Shown here in pieces: positions 45,001-53,888 of a stretch of DNA of 64,000 bases (its first letter is position 1; each line of letters starts with the position of its first letter). The position numbers and the translations under genes were made by a program. The notes beneath the pieces are model-generated. The model was not told the DNA's origin and ran no database searches. It saw only the letters and a program-made list of their open reading frames with translations. Source of the DNA: an uncultured Actinomycetota bacterium (lineage in GTDB: Bacteria > Actinomycetota > Actinomycetes > CAVPEL01); the NCBI GenBank assembly GCA_963703505.1, contig CAVPEL010000006.1:956541-1020540 (forward strand), given 5' to 3'.

Positions 45001-46181
45001 GTGAGACCGCACAGCTTTGACGACTTCGACCTGTACCGGCTCACCGAGGAGCACGAGCTGCTCCGCGAGACGCGTCCGCGCCCTCGCCGACGACAAGATC
45101 GCGCCGCGGGCCGCCGAGATCGACGAGACCGCCGAGTTCCCCTGGGACGTCTACGAGGCGCTGGCGAAGGCCGGACCTGCACGCCGTCGCACGTGCCCGA
45201 GGCAGTACGGCGGCGCCGGCGCCGACGCGCTCGCGTCGTGCATCGTCATCGAGGAGGTCGCCCGGGCCTGCGCGTCGTCCTCGCTGATCCCGGCGGTCAA
45301 CAAGCTCGGCACGCGTGCCGCTCCTGCTCGCCGGCTCGGAGGAGCTCGAAGCAGCGCTACCTGCCGCCGCTGGCGCGCGGGCGAGGCGATGTTCTCCTAC
45401 GCGCTGTCCGAGCCCGAGGCCGGCAGCGACGCCGCGGCGATGAAGCACCCGGGCGGTGCGCGACGGCGACGGCTGGGTGCTCAACGGCACGAAGCGCTGG
45501 ATCACCAACGCCGGCGTCTCCGACGCTACTACACGGTGATGGCCGTGACCGACCCCGACGCACGGCACCCGCGGCATCTCGGCGTTCGTCGTCGAGGCCG
45601 ACGACCCGGGCTTCAGCGTCGGCACGCCGGAGAAGAAGCTCGGCATCAAGGGCTCGCCGACCGCCGAGCTCTACTTCGACAACGTGCGCATCCCGGCCGA
45701 CCGGATGATCGGCGAGGAGGGCACCGGCTTCACGACCGCGCTGCGCACCCTCGACCACACCCGGGTGACCATCGCCGCGCAGGCGCTCGGCATCGCCCAG
45801 GGCGCGCTCGACTACGCCACGCGGCTACATGAAGGAGCGCAAGCAGTTCGGCAAGCCGATCGCCGAGTTCCAGGGCCTGCAGTTCATGCTCGCCGACATG
45901 GCGATGAAGCTCGAGGCCGCCCGCCAGCTCACCTACGCGCCGCCGCTGCCAAGTCCGAGCGCGGCGAGACGGACCTCACCTTCCTCGGCGCGGCGGCGAA
46001 GTGCTTCGCCTCCGACGTCGCGATGGAGGTCACCACCGACGCGGTGCAGCTGCTCGGCGGCTACGGCTACACCAAGGACTACCCGGTCGAGCGGATGATG
46101 CGCGACGCGAAGATCACCCAGATCTACGAGGGCACCAACCAGATCCAGCGCATCGTGATGGCACGCAAGGTGCTCGGGTAG
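45001..46181 (+). pseudogene. Acyl-CoA dehydrogenase (FadE25-like position next to purE/purK); roughly 7 frame breaks
   Basis: FDLYRLTEEHELLRETVRALADDKIAPRAAEIDE..., SYALSEPEAGSDAAAMK, RWITNAGVS, GISAFVVEADDPGFSVG..EKKLGIKGSPTAELYFDNVRIPADRMIGEEGTGF. Ends ...[43 protein letters not shown]. Confidence 0.9.
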
Positions 46182-46221
46182 GCGTCAGCACCTCGACAGC
46201 ACAGCACCTGACAAACGTGAA

Positions 46222-46252
46222 GTGGGGGGCGCCCGGATCGGGCGCCCCCCAC
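46222..46252. terminator. Bidirectional hairpin between the convergent ACAD and pepX genes
   Basis: Perfect 13-bp stem gtggggggcgccc / gggcgccccccac with loop ggatc. Confidence 0.65.
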
Positions 46253-46269
46253 TGTTGTGCTCTGTGGTG

Positions 46270-46746
46270 CTAGACCAGCGTCAGGGTGAGCACGCCGGTG
46301 TAGGTGCCGACCTTGGTGCTGCCGGGCACACCGAGCTTGAGCGTGCCGCCGCAGGTGAAGGCGCCTGCGCTGGTGCCGGCGCCGGAGGTGCACAGTGTCT
46401 TGCTGTTGGCGAGGCCGGTGCCGGTGCCCGGAATGGCCACCGCGCCGGCGGTCACCGCCGACCGCTGGCTCGGGATGGTCGGCAAGGTGCCGGAGGTGAC
46501 CTGCGCGTTCGGACCCCAGCCGAGGTTGTCGGCGAGGATCAGCCCGTTCGGTCCGACGAAGTCGCTCGTCTGGCCGGTGAGGCTCCAGCCCGCCCCTGTG
46601 CCGCGGCCGTCGGCGACGGTGACGTTGTTCAGGGCGCCGTCGACGAACTGGTCGAATCCGGTGAGGGTGACCGGCGGCATGGTGACCGCCGAGCTGGACA
46701 CCGACAGCGCCAGCTGACCCGGCTGCACGTCAGCCGTGATCACCTG
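46270..46746 (-). repeat. Shared C-terminal WxL-like module, copy A (pepX 1)
   Basis: The 3' 477 nt are homologous at both DNA and protein level to copies B-D. The 3' end is ...accagcgtcagggtgagcacgccggtgtaggtgcc... on the + strand. Confidence 0.85.
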
Positions 46747-48639
46747 GCTGTTCGCCGGCAGCCAGGCGTCCACCGGGTAGCCGACGATCGGCAGCGTCAC
46801 GCTGCTCTCGCCGAGCAGCACGGTCACGTTGGCGCGGGTGGTGGTGGCGATGGTGCGCCCGCTCTGGTTGCCGGCGATCACGATGCCGATCCGGTGTCCC
46901 GGCTTGAAGGTGTAGTCCTGCGGCAGCGCCTCCCAGCTCACGCTGAACTCTTCGCCGCGGACCAGCGGAACCTGCGACGTCAGCGATTGCCGGTGCGAGG
47001 CGTTGATCCAGCCACGCGAGACGACCTGGCTCGCCGCCGTCTTCGTGACGGTCTCGACCTTCTTGTAGCAAGCCGAGTCGTACGCGGTCGACTCGCCCCA
47101 GCAGTCGCTCGTGGTCAGGGTCCGCACGCCTTCACCGGAGCCGAGGTTGTCGACCCGGGTGTCGGTGCCGTAGTCGACGACCAGCATGGTGAGGTTGGTG
47201 TCGGTCTGATCGGCGATCGCGCGGATGTTGGCGATCGGCGTGCCGCTGAGCCGCACCGGCTTGTCCAGCACGGGGCTCAGGAACATGAGGCGGTTAGCGC
47301 TCGTCGAGGTGAAGTTGGCGGTCATCGTCGCCTCGGTCTGGTTCCCGTCCAGGAACTTCTGAGTGCCAGTCACGGGGGAGACCGTCAGCGTCCCGGGGCC
47401 GTCGGCGTTCGCCGGGCCGAGGCGCAGCACCTGCTGGTGCGTGCCGGGCAGCGGCCACGAGGGCTGGGTCTCCCACTGGTCCGGTCCAACTTCGATGTCG
47501 GCCTGCGGCTTGTCCATGATGCCGTTGTCGATGCCCTGCAGCCAGTAGTCGAGCCAGCGGTGCACGGTGTCCACCCAGTCGGCGCGGCGGTAGTCGAACG
47601 GGTCGACGTGGCCGTACTGGGACAGCCAGATCTTGCGCGGGACGTTGTTCTTGGCCAGCGCGTCCCACCAGTGGTCGACGTTGTCCATCTTGACGTTGAG
47701 GTCGTTGAGGCCGTGCACGATGAAGACGCTGGCCTTCACGTTGCTGGCGTCCTTGAGGAAGTTGCGGTCGTCCCAGAAGTCGTTGTAGTTGCCGGTGGTG
47801 GCCGCCGCACCTGCGGTGAGCGCAGCTCGCGCGGCAGCACACTTGTTCTTCTGCAGCGGGGAGTACACGACGTCGGCGAGGCTCAGCGGCTCGTGCCAGT
47901 TGGAGTAGCGCAGTCCGTTGGCCCGGTACCAGGTGTACTCGTTGCTGATGCCGCTGATCGGGATGATCGTGGCCAAGCCGTCGACCCCGGTCGCGGCGAG
48001 CCCGTTCACCAGCGCGCCGTCGTAGGACTTCCCGAATGCGCCCACCTTGCCGGTGGTCCAGCCCGCGCTGATCTCGGTGCCGGGGGCGGCGGTCTGTGCG
48101 GTGTAGGCGACGGCCCGGCCGTTCAACCAGTCGACGACCGCCTTCATGCTCCCCACGTCGTAGGGGCCACCGATGTCGACGCAGCCGTCCGACTTGCTCG
48201 TGCCAGCCATGTCCGGCTGCACGATGGCGTAGCCGCGCGGCACGAAGTAGTTGTCGTAGAAGAGCGGGAACTGCAGCGGATTCCCGTTGGCGTCATAGGT
48301 CTTCACCTGTGACTCGTTGCCCCGACCCAGTGAGCCGTAGTAGGGGCTCGGATCCATGATGACCGGGACCTTGAGTCCCTGCTCGGTCTCGCGCGGTCGG
48401 ACGATGTTGGTGGCGATCAGGTCGAGCTTGCCGTCTCCGTCGCCGTCGAAAGGCGCCTGCACCCAGACCTGTTCGCGGATCGCGTCCGCGAATGAGAAGA
48501 CTGGTTGCGTCACGCCGTCGTGCACGACGATCGACGGTGCTGCCGGCGCGGCCTGCGCCTGCTGCAGGGTGCCCAGCATCCCTGCGGCGAGTGCCGTCGT
48601 CGTCGCCAGGGCGACGCCGAGGCGCCAGGTTCGTTTCAT
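46270..48639 (-). CDS. pepX: Secreted Xaa-Pro dipeptidyl-peptidase (S15 family) with C-terminal WxL-like module (intact)
   Basis: ATG at 48639 (ggaagg RBS) gives MKRTWRLGVALATTTALAAG (signal). ...DGDGKLD...PVIMDPSPYY...DNYFVPRGYAIVQPDMAGT..S.GC, nucleophile motif GKSYDG. The last 158 aa are the shared module (VTVADGRGTGAGWSLTGQTSDFVGPNGLILADNLGW...GTYTGVLTLTLV). Confidence 0.88.
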   Translation of the reverse strand: MKRTWRLGVALATTTALAAGMLGTLQQAQAAPAAPSIVVHDGVTQPVFSFADAIREQVWVQAPFDGDGDGKLDLIATNIVRPRETEQGLKVPVIMDPSPYYGSLGRGNESQVKTYDANGNPLQFPLFYDNYFVPRGYAIVQPDMAGTSKSDGCVDIGGPYDVGSMKAVVDWLNGRAVAYTAQTAAPGTEISAGWTTGKVGAFGKSYDGALVNGLAATGVDGLATIIPISGISNEYTWYRANGLRYSNWHEPLSLADVVYSPLQKNKCAAARAALTAGAAATTGNYNDFWDDRNFLKDASNVKASVFIVHGLNDLNVKMDNVDHWWDALAKNNVPRKIWLSQYGHVDPFDYRRADWVDTVHRWLDYWLQGIDNGIMDKPQADIEVGPDQWETQPSWPLPGTHQQVLRLGPANADGPGTLTVSPVTGTQKFLDGNQTEATMTANFTSTSANRLMFLSPVLDKPVRLSGTPIANIRAIADQTDTNLTMLVVDYGTDTRVDNLGSGEGVRTLTTSDCWGESTAYDSACYKKVETVTKTAASQVVSRGWINASHRQSLTSQVPLVRGEEFSVSWEALPQDYTFKPGHRIGIVIAGNQSGRTIATTTRANVTVLLGESSVTLPIVGYPVDAWLPANSQVITADVQPGQLALSVSSSAVTMPPVTLTGFDQFVDGALNNVTVADGRGTGAGWSLTGQTSDFVGPNGLILADNLGWGPNAQVTSGTLPTIPSQRSAVTAGAVAIPGTGTGLANSKTLCTSGAGTSAGAFTCGGTLKLGVPGSTKVGTYTGVLTLTLV

Positions 48640-48753
48640 GCACAACCTTCCAGCGAGGCACCCATGAAGCCGCCGAAGACGTGCGGCAATTGCGACATTC
48701 GTTCAGCGGGGTGCGAGAAATGGACAGCCCTCACGAAAGGAGGATGATCACGC

Positions 48754-48782
48754 ACGCTAGGGAGGTAATACATTACTGTCAA
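48754..48782 (-). promoter_or_regulatory. Putative sigma-70-type promoter of pepX copy 1
   Basis: On the minus strand, cTTGACAgtaatg -17 nt- TAGCGT, about 110 nt upstream of the ATG. The -35 context CTTGACAGTnATG is shared with the pepX copy 2 promoter. Confidence 0.35.
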
Positions 48783-48799
48783 GGGTCTGCTCAAGAAAT

Positions 48800-48840
48800 A
48801 AAAGGAGTGGGGGCGCCGTGGTGGCGCCCCCACTCCTTTT
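48800..48840 (-). terminator. Rho-independent terminator after the M14 gene
   Basis: 18-bp stem aaaaggagtgggggcgcc / ggcgcccccactcctttt with loop gtggt. A/T runs lie on both flanks. Confidence 0.7.
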
Positions 48841-48867
48841 TGGGTGGTACGGGTGGTGCGGTGGTAC

Positions 48868-49341
48868 TTAGACCAGCGTCAGGGTGAGCACGCCGGTGTA
48901 GGTGCCGATCGCCGTGCTGCCCGGGACACCGAGCATCAGGGTCGCGCCGCACTGGAAGGCGCCACCGCTCGCACCGGCCGGTGCGGAGCACAGGCCACGA
49001 GCGTCACCGAGGCCGGCGCCGGCGACGGCAACCGCCCCGGGGGTGACGACCGGCGTGTGCGCCGGGTCGGCAGGCAGCGCGCCGGTGATGTTCACCGCGG
49101 CCGGGGACCAGCCGAGGTTGTTGGCCAGGATCAGCCCGTTCGGCCCGACGAAGTCGCTCACCTGGCCGGTGAGGTTCCACCCCGCGTTGGTGCCACGCGG
49201 GTCGGTGACCGTCACGTCGTTGAGCGCGCCGTTGACGACCTGGTCGAGACCGGTCAGCGTGACGTTGGGCATCGTGACGGTCGAGCCGCCCGGGATGCTC
49301 ATGGTCAGCGGGCTACCGCTGATGTCCGTCGTGATGACCTG
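48868..49341 (-). repeat. Shared C-terminal WxL-like module, copy B (M14)
   Basis: Begins ttagaccagcgtcagggtgagcacgccggtgtaggtgccga on the + strand, near-identical to the first 40 nt of copy A. Confidence 0.85.
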
Positions 49342-50772
49342 GTAGCCGCTCGCCCGGGCCGGCACGCGAACTTGCTGAAGCACTCGGCCAGGTTGACGTT
49401 CGCCTGCTGGTTGATGTCGACGAGGACGTTGACGGTCTGCAGGACCTCACCGCTCGGGTTCGAGCAGGTGAGCGTCCAGCTCTCCTGCAGGAACTTGCCC
49501 TCTGACGTCGCCACGACGCCGTTCTCGGTGTAGGCCGGCTGCGGCCGCACCGAGGGGTTCACGTGCCAGTTGAACGTGCCGGTGGTCGAAACGACGAGCG
49601 AGGACTCCAGGTGGGTGGGGACCCGCTCGGCCGGGCCGAACGTGTTGCCGGTCGCGGCCTTGACCGGCGACGGTCCACAGGTCGAAGTCCTTCGTGATCT
49701 TCAGCACGGCGCCGCGCGGAGCGTTGCCCTTGATGATCGAGTGACCCGCGGGGTTGGCGGCGTACTTCCAGGCGACCATGAACGCGTCCCGGTTGGACTT
49801 GCCCGCGTAGCGGCCGGTGCCGAGGTAGTCCTCGATGACCTCGGGGTAGGTGTTGTTGGTCGACTGGGTCTTCATGATCTCGAACGTGAAGGCGAGGCCA
49901 CGGGTCGCGTAGTAGGACCAGTCCGGGGTCTCACCGGTGGTCTCGTAGTCGAAGCCCGACTTCATGCCGGTGTAGCCGTTGACGCCGTGATCGCGTCGGA
50001 CAGGGCCGAGTAGACGCCTCGTCCGGGGTGTTGCCCGCGCGGACCTCCAGCGGCGGCCGGAGCACGGTGTGGCCGGAGGTGTGGTTGGTGACCAGCACGG
50101 TGACCTGGTGGCCGAGCGTCAGCTCCATGATGTTCTGGACCTCGGGCTCCGAGCCGGGCGCCGGGCCGCGCTGCACCGCGGTGGCGCCCGCGCCGCTGCC
50201 CCAGCCGAACGGGTAGTTGCGGTTGAGGTCGACGCCCTGCGCTGCTGGCGCACGTCGGCGACGTGCCGCAGCTGGTCCGGCGGTTGATGAGGAAGCCGTC
50301 CACGTTGACGACCGGCACGATGATGACGCGGGACTCGTTCAGAAGGCGGGTGATCTCCGGGTCGACGCCGTCGTTCTTCACGATGTCGTAGGCGAACTCC
50401 AGGGCGTGCTCACCGGAGGGCCACTCGTTGCCGTGGTGGATGCCCTGCATGAAGAAGACGGGCTTGCCGTCGGAGGCGTTGACGTCGTGCGTGATCTCGA
50501 TGCCGTAGACGTCGCGACCCTGGCGGGTCTGGTGCGGCAGCTTGATTGACTTCACCAGGTTGGGGTGAGCCGTGCTGAGCGCGAGCATCTCGTTGTTGTA
50601 GTCCGCGATGGTCGCGGTAGGTGGTCCGGCCGCTGGGCAGTTCCGTGGCGCCGGCGGCCTGCGCCGACGTCGCGAGCGGAACCAGCAGGCTCGCTGCCAG
50701 GCCGGCGCAGGCGGTGAAGGCGAGCGCGCGCCTCTTCGCGCCCAAGCGGCGCAGGGTGTGGGTTGCTGACAT
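48868..50772 (-). pseudogene. Secreted M14-family metallocarboxypeptidase with C-terminal WxL-like module; roughly 5 frame breaks
   Basis: MSATHTLRRLGAKRRALAFTACAGLAASLLVPLATSAQA (signal). IADYNNEMLALSTAHPNLVKSIKL...GRDVYGIEITHD...FFMQGIHHGNEWPSGEH (HxxE zinc motif)...IIVPVVNVDGF; further pieces in ORFs 49931, 49447 and 49305. The last 157 aa are the shared module (ORF 48868..49383). Confidence 0.8.
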
Positions 50773-50954
50773 GCTGCAAGGTCTCCTGACGGTGTCCCGA
50801 CGATGGGGCTGTACTTCGCTCCGTTCGGTGCCCGCGACCGCACGTCCGTGTGTCAGCGGTGGGCGTCGTGCAGTGTGCCGACGGCGCTCCCGCCGTCGTG
50901 GTGGTCCACCGATCCGCGATGCGGAGGGTGGAGATCACCGCCATCGATGGCCGA

Positions 50955-50983
50955 ATCTTGACCAAAGGTTCGATAAGTGTCAA
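50955..50983 (-). promoter_or_regulatory. Putative promoter of the M14 gene
   Basis: On the minus strand, aTTGACActtatcg -17 nt- CAAGAT, about 180 nt upstream of the ATG at 50772. Confidence 0.25.
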
Positions 50984-51281
50984 TAGATGCACGAAGGGTG
51001 TAGAGGTCTCCGGAGTGGCCGGGTCGTCGGTAGGAGCGACAAGCGTGTCCGTTAACGCACGCGCAATGTCCGGTTCATGCACATACGAGACCTTGACGTT
51101 CCACATACTCGTCCGGGACGATTCATGAGACTTTCCGTTCCAAAAGTCCGTCCCCGGCCGATCGCCACATGGTGATCGGCCTTAACCTTCGGCCCCGTTG
51201 TTGTCTCGGCCCGCGGATCTAGCAACGCCGCGCCGGGGGCTGCTGGACTCGGTTGCTAATGATCGCGGAGTGCGCACAGTG

Positions 51282-52436
51282 ATGAAGACGCCAGCTCGGT
51301 TCCGTCGCAAGGGTCTCGTCGCCGCGCTCCTGGGCGTCGCGGCGCTGACGCTCGGCGCCACCGCGATTCCGGCCTCGGCCCTGTCGGGCTCAACCGCTGC
51401 GGCCCCGGCCGCTCGGGCTTCGGCCGCCGGCGACGACTTCACCTGGGCGGTGCAGCCCTCGAGCCCGCAGGGCCCGGGCGGCCGGGACTACTTCATCCTC
51501 AGCGCGACGCCGGGCCAGGAGATGATCGACTACGTCGGTATCTCGAACCTGAGCGACAAGCCCGTCGAGTTCAAGGTCTACGCGACCGACGCGTTCACCA
51601 CCCAGGACGGCGCCTTCTCGCTGCTCGCCGGCGATTCGGCCCCGACCGATGTCGGTCAGTGGGTCGGCTTCGACGCTGGCACCTACACCGTGCCCGCCGG
51701 CAAGCGCCTGGACATCCCGTTCCGGCTGCAGGTCCCGCTCGACGCATCCCCTGGTGACCACATCGGGGGGATCGTCGCGGCCGTGGCGGCGACCGAGACC
51801 TCGGGCGACGGCAGCCAGCAGCTCACCGTCGACCGCCGTGTCGGAGCCCGCATCTACCTCCGTGTCGCCGGGCCCGCGCAGCCATCGCTGAAGATCAAGT
51901 CGATCCACGTCGGCTACAAGAGCTCGCTGAGCTCGCTGAGTCCGCTTGGTGTCACGACGGTCACCTACGAGGTGACCAACGACGGCAACGTGCGGCTGGC
52001 CGCGACGGCGAAGGTCCGGTTGGTCGGTCCCTTCGGGATCAAGCTCGGTAACGCGAAGGCCAACGAGATCCGCGAACTGCTGCCGCGCAGCTCCGTGACA
52101 GTGACCGAGACGATTCCGAACGTCATCGCCGCAGGCCGCATCAGCGCCGAGGTCAGCCTGGCACCGTTCGACCTCGGAGACAGCTCGACGGGCACCTTGA
52201 AGAGCGTCAACCGCGCCGGCTCCGCGTGGGCGATGCCGTGGCTGCTGCTCCTCGCCCTGGTGCTCGTTGCCGCGTTTGTCGTCTTCCGCGTGCGCCGCCG
52301 CAAGAACGGCGCGTCGACTGCCGGCGCGCCCCCGGCCTCCACCCCTGCGGAAGCCGACGCGGAGTCCTCGGACGCCGCTTCGACACCGGCACCGGCATCG
52401 GCCAAGACGCCAGAAAAGCCCGAGAGGGTTTCATGA
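51282..52436 (+). CDS. DUF916/DUF3324-like cell-surface protein with C-terminal TM anchor (CscA-like)
   Basis: MKTPARFRRKGLVAALLGVAALTLGATAIPASA (signal). FTWAVQPSSPQGPGGRDYFILSATPGQEMIDYVGISNLSDKPVEFKVYATDAFTTQDGAFSLL and WVGFDAGTYTVPAGKRLDIPFRLQVPLDASPGDHIGGI match the DUF916 pattern. C-terminal WLLLLALVLVAAFVVFRVRRRK plus an acidic/Pro-rich tail. Confidence 0.75.
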   Translation: MKTPARFRRKGLVAALLGVAALTLGATAIPASALSGSTAAAPAARASAAGDDFTWAVQPSSPQGPGGRDYFILSATPGQEMIDYVGISNLSDKPVEFKVYATDAFTTQDGAFSLLAGDSAPTDVGQWVGFDAGTYTVPAGKRLDIPFRLQVPLDASPGDHIGGIVAAVAATETSGDGSQQLTVDRRVGARIYLRVAGPAQPSLKIKSIHVGYKSSLSSLSPLGVTTVTYEVTNDGNVRLAATAKVRLVGPFGIKLGNAKANEIRELLPRSSVTVTETIPNVIAAGRISAEVSLAPFDLGDSSTGTLKSVNRAGSAWAMPWLLLLALVLVAAFVVFRVRRRKNGASTAGAPPASTPAEADAESSDAASTPAPASAKTPEKPERVS

Positions 52437-53455
52437 CCCCCCTCCTGCCGCAGTGCAGGAGGACCATGCTGACGGCCGTAGTGGCGGCGGCCGGTGCGCT
52501 CGCCATCGTGACCGCGGTGCCTGGGCACGCGTCAGTCGGCGGACAACCGGCTGTCAACCTCGACCGCACCGAAGCGGCAGTCGGCGAGACCGTGGCCGTC
52601 AGCTTCGTCGGCTGGGCCGCGGGTAACACCTACATCGAGATATGTGGGAACGAGGGCGCGCGTGGCTCGGTGGACTGCGACCTCGGCTCGGCGATCACGT
52701 CGTACACCGCTGAAGACGGGACCGGCCACGCGCTCCTGAAGGTCCAGGCGCCGCCGATCGGCTGTCCCTGCGTGGTGCGTGTCTCCGACCTGACCCAGTC
52801 TGTCGTCATAGCGACGCCGTTCGTGGTGACCGGCGTGCCCGTGCTGACGCCCGATGAGCGCCCGAGCGCGGCCACCTTCGAGCGCAAGCTGACCGTCGTC
52901 CGCGCGGAGCTCACGGGACACAGCGGGTGGAGCGCGTTGCTCGGCGCGTCCGGGCGGCGAACCCTCGTGCTGACCCTGCGCAACAGCGGGGGCGGCCCGG
53001 TCACCGACCCGTCGATGTCGCTTGCGGTGGGCAGGGGCGCCGCGGCGACCACCATCGTCGATCCGCCCGCGATCGGCCGCATCGCGGCCGGCGAAGAGAA
53101 GACGCTCGAGATCCCGGTCACGCTCGAGGTGCCGGCCTACGGTCGCTACACGGTCGAAGGGGAGATCGTCGGGCTCGACGAGGCGGTCACCTTCACCACG
53201 ACCACCAGCACCTACCCATGGGGGCTCCCCGTCCTCGGGCTCCTGGTGATCGGGCTCGTCGTCGCGTGGAAGCGCGTCAAGAAGCGGCTGCGGGGCCGTG
53301 GCGTCGCCGCAGGCGCTGTCGGCGAGCCCGCCCAGGGGAGCGCCGGGCGGGCCGCCGGTGGTACCGCGCTTAACCGGTTCATCGATCTGACGGGGAAGAA
53401 GCCGAAGGCCGGACGAATCATCGACCTGACCGACGCAGTCAGCTCCGACGACTGA
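52433..53455 (+). CDS. Secreted Ig/CARDB-like protein with C-terminal TM anchor, start/stop-overlapped with the DUF916 gene
   Basis: The ATG at 52433 overlaps the upstream TGA (ATGA). Signal MLTAVVAAAGALAIVTAVPGHA. Cys-containing beta domain, a CARDB-like LVLTLRNSGGGPVTDP segment, TM helix LPVLGLLVIGLVVAWKRVKKR and a cytoplasmic tail. Confidence 0.65.
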   Translation: MTPLLPQCRRTMLTAVVAAAGALAIVTAVPGHASVGGQPAVNLDRTEAAVGETVAVSFVGWAAGNTYIEICGNEGARGSVDCDLGSAITSYTAEDGTGHALLKVQAPPIGCPCVVRVSDLTQSVVIATPFVVTGVPVLTPDERPSAATFERKLTVVRAELTGHSGWSALLGASGRRTLVLTLRNSGGGPVTDPSMSLAVGRGAAATTIVDPPAIGRIAAGEEKTLEIPVTLEVPAYGRYTVEGEIVGLDEAVTFTTTTSTYPWGLPVLGLLVIGLVVAWKRVKKRLRGRGVAAGAVGEPAQGSAGRAAGGTALNRFIDLTGKKPKAGRIIDLTDAVSSDD

Positions 53456-53689
53456 GTCGCTCACAGGCACGCGTGGGGATTATCCGTCCGCGATCCACAA
53501 GGTGGCTCGCGATGGGCACAGTGCAAATGAATTGTGGCGACCAGTGATGGCCCGTAAACGGTCGCCTCGACCGGTAACACAGGGTAGTCAAGCGACAGCA
53601 CAATGTGACTGCGTTCGAGGACTATTTGGCCCGTTGTGGAACGGGAAACTCGTCCGGGGCGGAAAACGGGAGCAGTCGGTCAAAAAGTC

Positions 53690-53719
53690 TTGACAGTCAT
53701 GATCGCGCCCCAATAGTGT
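53690..53719 (+). promoter_or_regulatory. Putative sigma-70-type promoter of pepX copy 2
   Basis: cTTGACAgtcatg -18 nt- TAGTGT, about 165 nt upstream of the ATG at 53889. Confidence 0.35.
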
Positions 53720-53888
53720 CCGCGAGCCATCGCTCGATGGCGATGACTATCGCTTACCGCCTTGATGGGCATTGACACCGGTTTCAAGCGCACACGCGCG
53801 AAGCCGGATAGTCGGCATTCTCGAGGAATTGGCGACGTCTCGCCATGAGAGACCATTCCCCGTTCATATCTGCCTAGGAAAGGTGTAA

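Noticed and set aside
53456-53888. Small ORFs in the 430-bp lower-GC spacer upstream of pepX2 (53502..53693 + 63 aa; 53680..53961 - 93 aa), and the similar small ORF 59201..59413 (-) upstream of the S8 gene.
   Set aside because: They have no RBS or start context, atypical composition, and overlap the putative promoter and leader. They are better explained as non-coding regulatory DNA.
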